Below, one piece after another: positions 62,592 through 64,000 of a stretch of DNA of 64,000 bases. The notes beneath the pieces were generated by a model. It was not told the DNA's origin. It did not search any database and saw only the letters and a program-made list of their open reading frames with translations. The translations under genes were made by a program, and so were the position numbers. The stretch's first letter is position 1. Every line of letters starts with the position of its first letter. Origin of the DNA: Vermamoeba vermiformis. Taxonomy: Eukaryota. The DNA is taken from contig JBEWZL010000044.1 of assembly GCA_045837725.1 (NCBI GenBank), positions 124,001 to 188,000 on the forward strand. The letters run 5' to 3'.

Positions 62592-63630
62592 TTAATTATT
62601 GTTATTGTTATTGTTACTATTGTCGATTGGCGGAGTTAAATAAATATCCCAGATCTTGGGTTCGGGTTGTTCTATCGTAAACCCGTTTTGCCTTAATATG
62701 GTAAAAAATGGCTCTGTTTCAACGTGTCGCGTCGAGCACATATAAAAATGTGCGTTATTAGTCTTGCTCAGTATCTGTTTCAAGGTATGTGCCAACGCTC
62801 CAAAGTTTGTGACGTAGATCAAGAAATCATTTCCAACTACAACGTCATATATGCCTCCCTCTAGTAATAAAATAACGAAATTAATCCAAAAGGAAATCAG
62901 TCAAATGTAACAGAAAAATTCAACCGTGAAAAAGTTATGACACCATCACTTGACACGTTGCACTCGTTATTTGTATCGTATCGTATATGCTCATATTGAT
63001 GCATAATATTATAGGTGGCAAGTACTACTGATTCATAATATAGTCATTAATAAGAGTGACGTACCTTCAGGAAATTCGGTGCCCCAAGTGTGGGGTACGT
63101 GAGGGAACCCGACGCCATTTAGTGCCGCATTGTACGCGATGTTCTTTTGAATTATTCCGTTGTCATCGTAATCGCTCGAAGTCACATTCAAATTTATAAG
63201 CTTCATGAATATAGCGAGGATACCAGTGCCTGCAGAAGTTCAAAAAAGTTAGATCGACGAAGATACTATTTGTGCACTATAATTTGGCATCGTCAAATAA
63301 TAATGATAAATTACCTGACGCAATTTCAAGTATTCTTTTGTTATTAAATAATTGCTCGCGATTTCTCAAGATCCAATCCGCAAACTTGACGTTGCCTTTC
63401 CACACAAAGTTCGCATTGGTTAAGTGAAATGAGAATTCGCGAATTTTGATCGTCATATTATTAGGAAACTCGTATAATTTCTCTTCAGACTCCGCAAGAA
63501 CGTCCTCTGGATTTGGTTCCAGATTTGCCTCGTTATTTTGATTATTGTTCTGATCTTCTTCGTCTGAATCACCTCCAAATAAATCTCTACCAAGATTTAG
63601 CGGCGGTCCAAAATAATTCTTTGATGTCAT
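62592..63630 (-). CDS. Methyltransferase family 16 (METTL21/23-like protein lysine methyltransferase), spliced
   Basis: NFVWKG...FADWI...NKRILEIASGTG, SDYDD, HTWG and YDVVVGNDFLIY motifs. Confidence 0.85.
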
Positions 63631-64000
63631 TGTTATTCGTCGTGATCAGATCTAGTACTCGGGTTAAAAATTGCTAAATTAATTTATTTGCAAATAAAAA
63701 ATAACAATAACGATCATATGATCCAATGCAACGCGAAAAGAAATATTTCAAAATTATTGAAAACAAAAATATCCATGGTTGCGTTAGATGCGGAGATCTG
63801 ACTTACCTACGCGTAGAAACTAACCAACGAGCCTTATAATGGTATAATCAACTGCAGTTGTGTCACCTCGTCATTTGTGAGCGATAAACATAACGAGGTA
63901 TCAAACAGGTCCATTTTATTTTCACCAGCAAAACCATACCAGCACGAGCTACAGCTGAATTTGCCATAAAAAATATTAAACACAATGGAAAAGGCTCTAT

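Noticed and set aside
1-64000. Frequent GATC/AGATCT/GATCCG words in introns; also looked for transposase or reverse transcriptase genes and an alternative genetic code
   Set aside because: GATC enrichment cannot be quantified by eye; no mobile-element ORF was recognised; conserved genes translate normally, with breaks explained by introns.
63700-64000. Possible start of another gene at the window edge
   Set aside because: Too little sequence to support a model.

Overview
Compact, intron-rich eukaryotic DNA in the standard genetic code, with short GT-AG introns, CTAAC-type branch points and poly-Asn tracts. It is probably from a protist, possibly an amoebozoan (inference only). I reconstructed about 28 spliced protein genes or pseudogenes by hand, plus one tRNA-Tyr-like gene. 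Recognisable products include a delta-9 desaturase fusion, a GNAT, a GH81 glucanase, a gulonolactone oxidase-like enzyme, a mitochondrial carrier, a PP4-like phosphatase, an amino acid permease, a vWA protein, a subtilisin, an LMBR1-like protein, a PX-filamin protein, a methyltransferase and many F-box/LRR paralogs. The most notable observations are: (1) a HEPN(RxxxxH)-TPR-Sel1-MYND gene whose 414-nt intron carries an intact antisense gene for an 82-aa tail-anchored protein; (2) a desaturase made of a histidine-box-less delta-12-like domain spliced in frame to an intact delta-9 desaturase; (3) a perfect palindrome, TGACACGTGTCA, recurring only in non-coding DNA; (4) a sharply CpG-depleted 1.2-kb patch; (5) an LRR family with a C-terminal F-box-like motif; (6) a rhomboid-like pseudoprotease with a decayed duplicate. 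Gene boundaries come from manual splicing and family calls from motif recognition; no searches were run.
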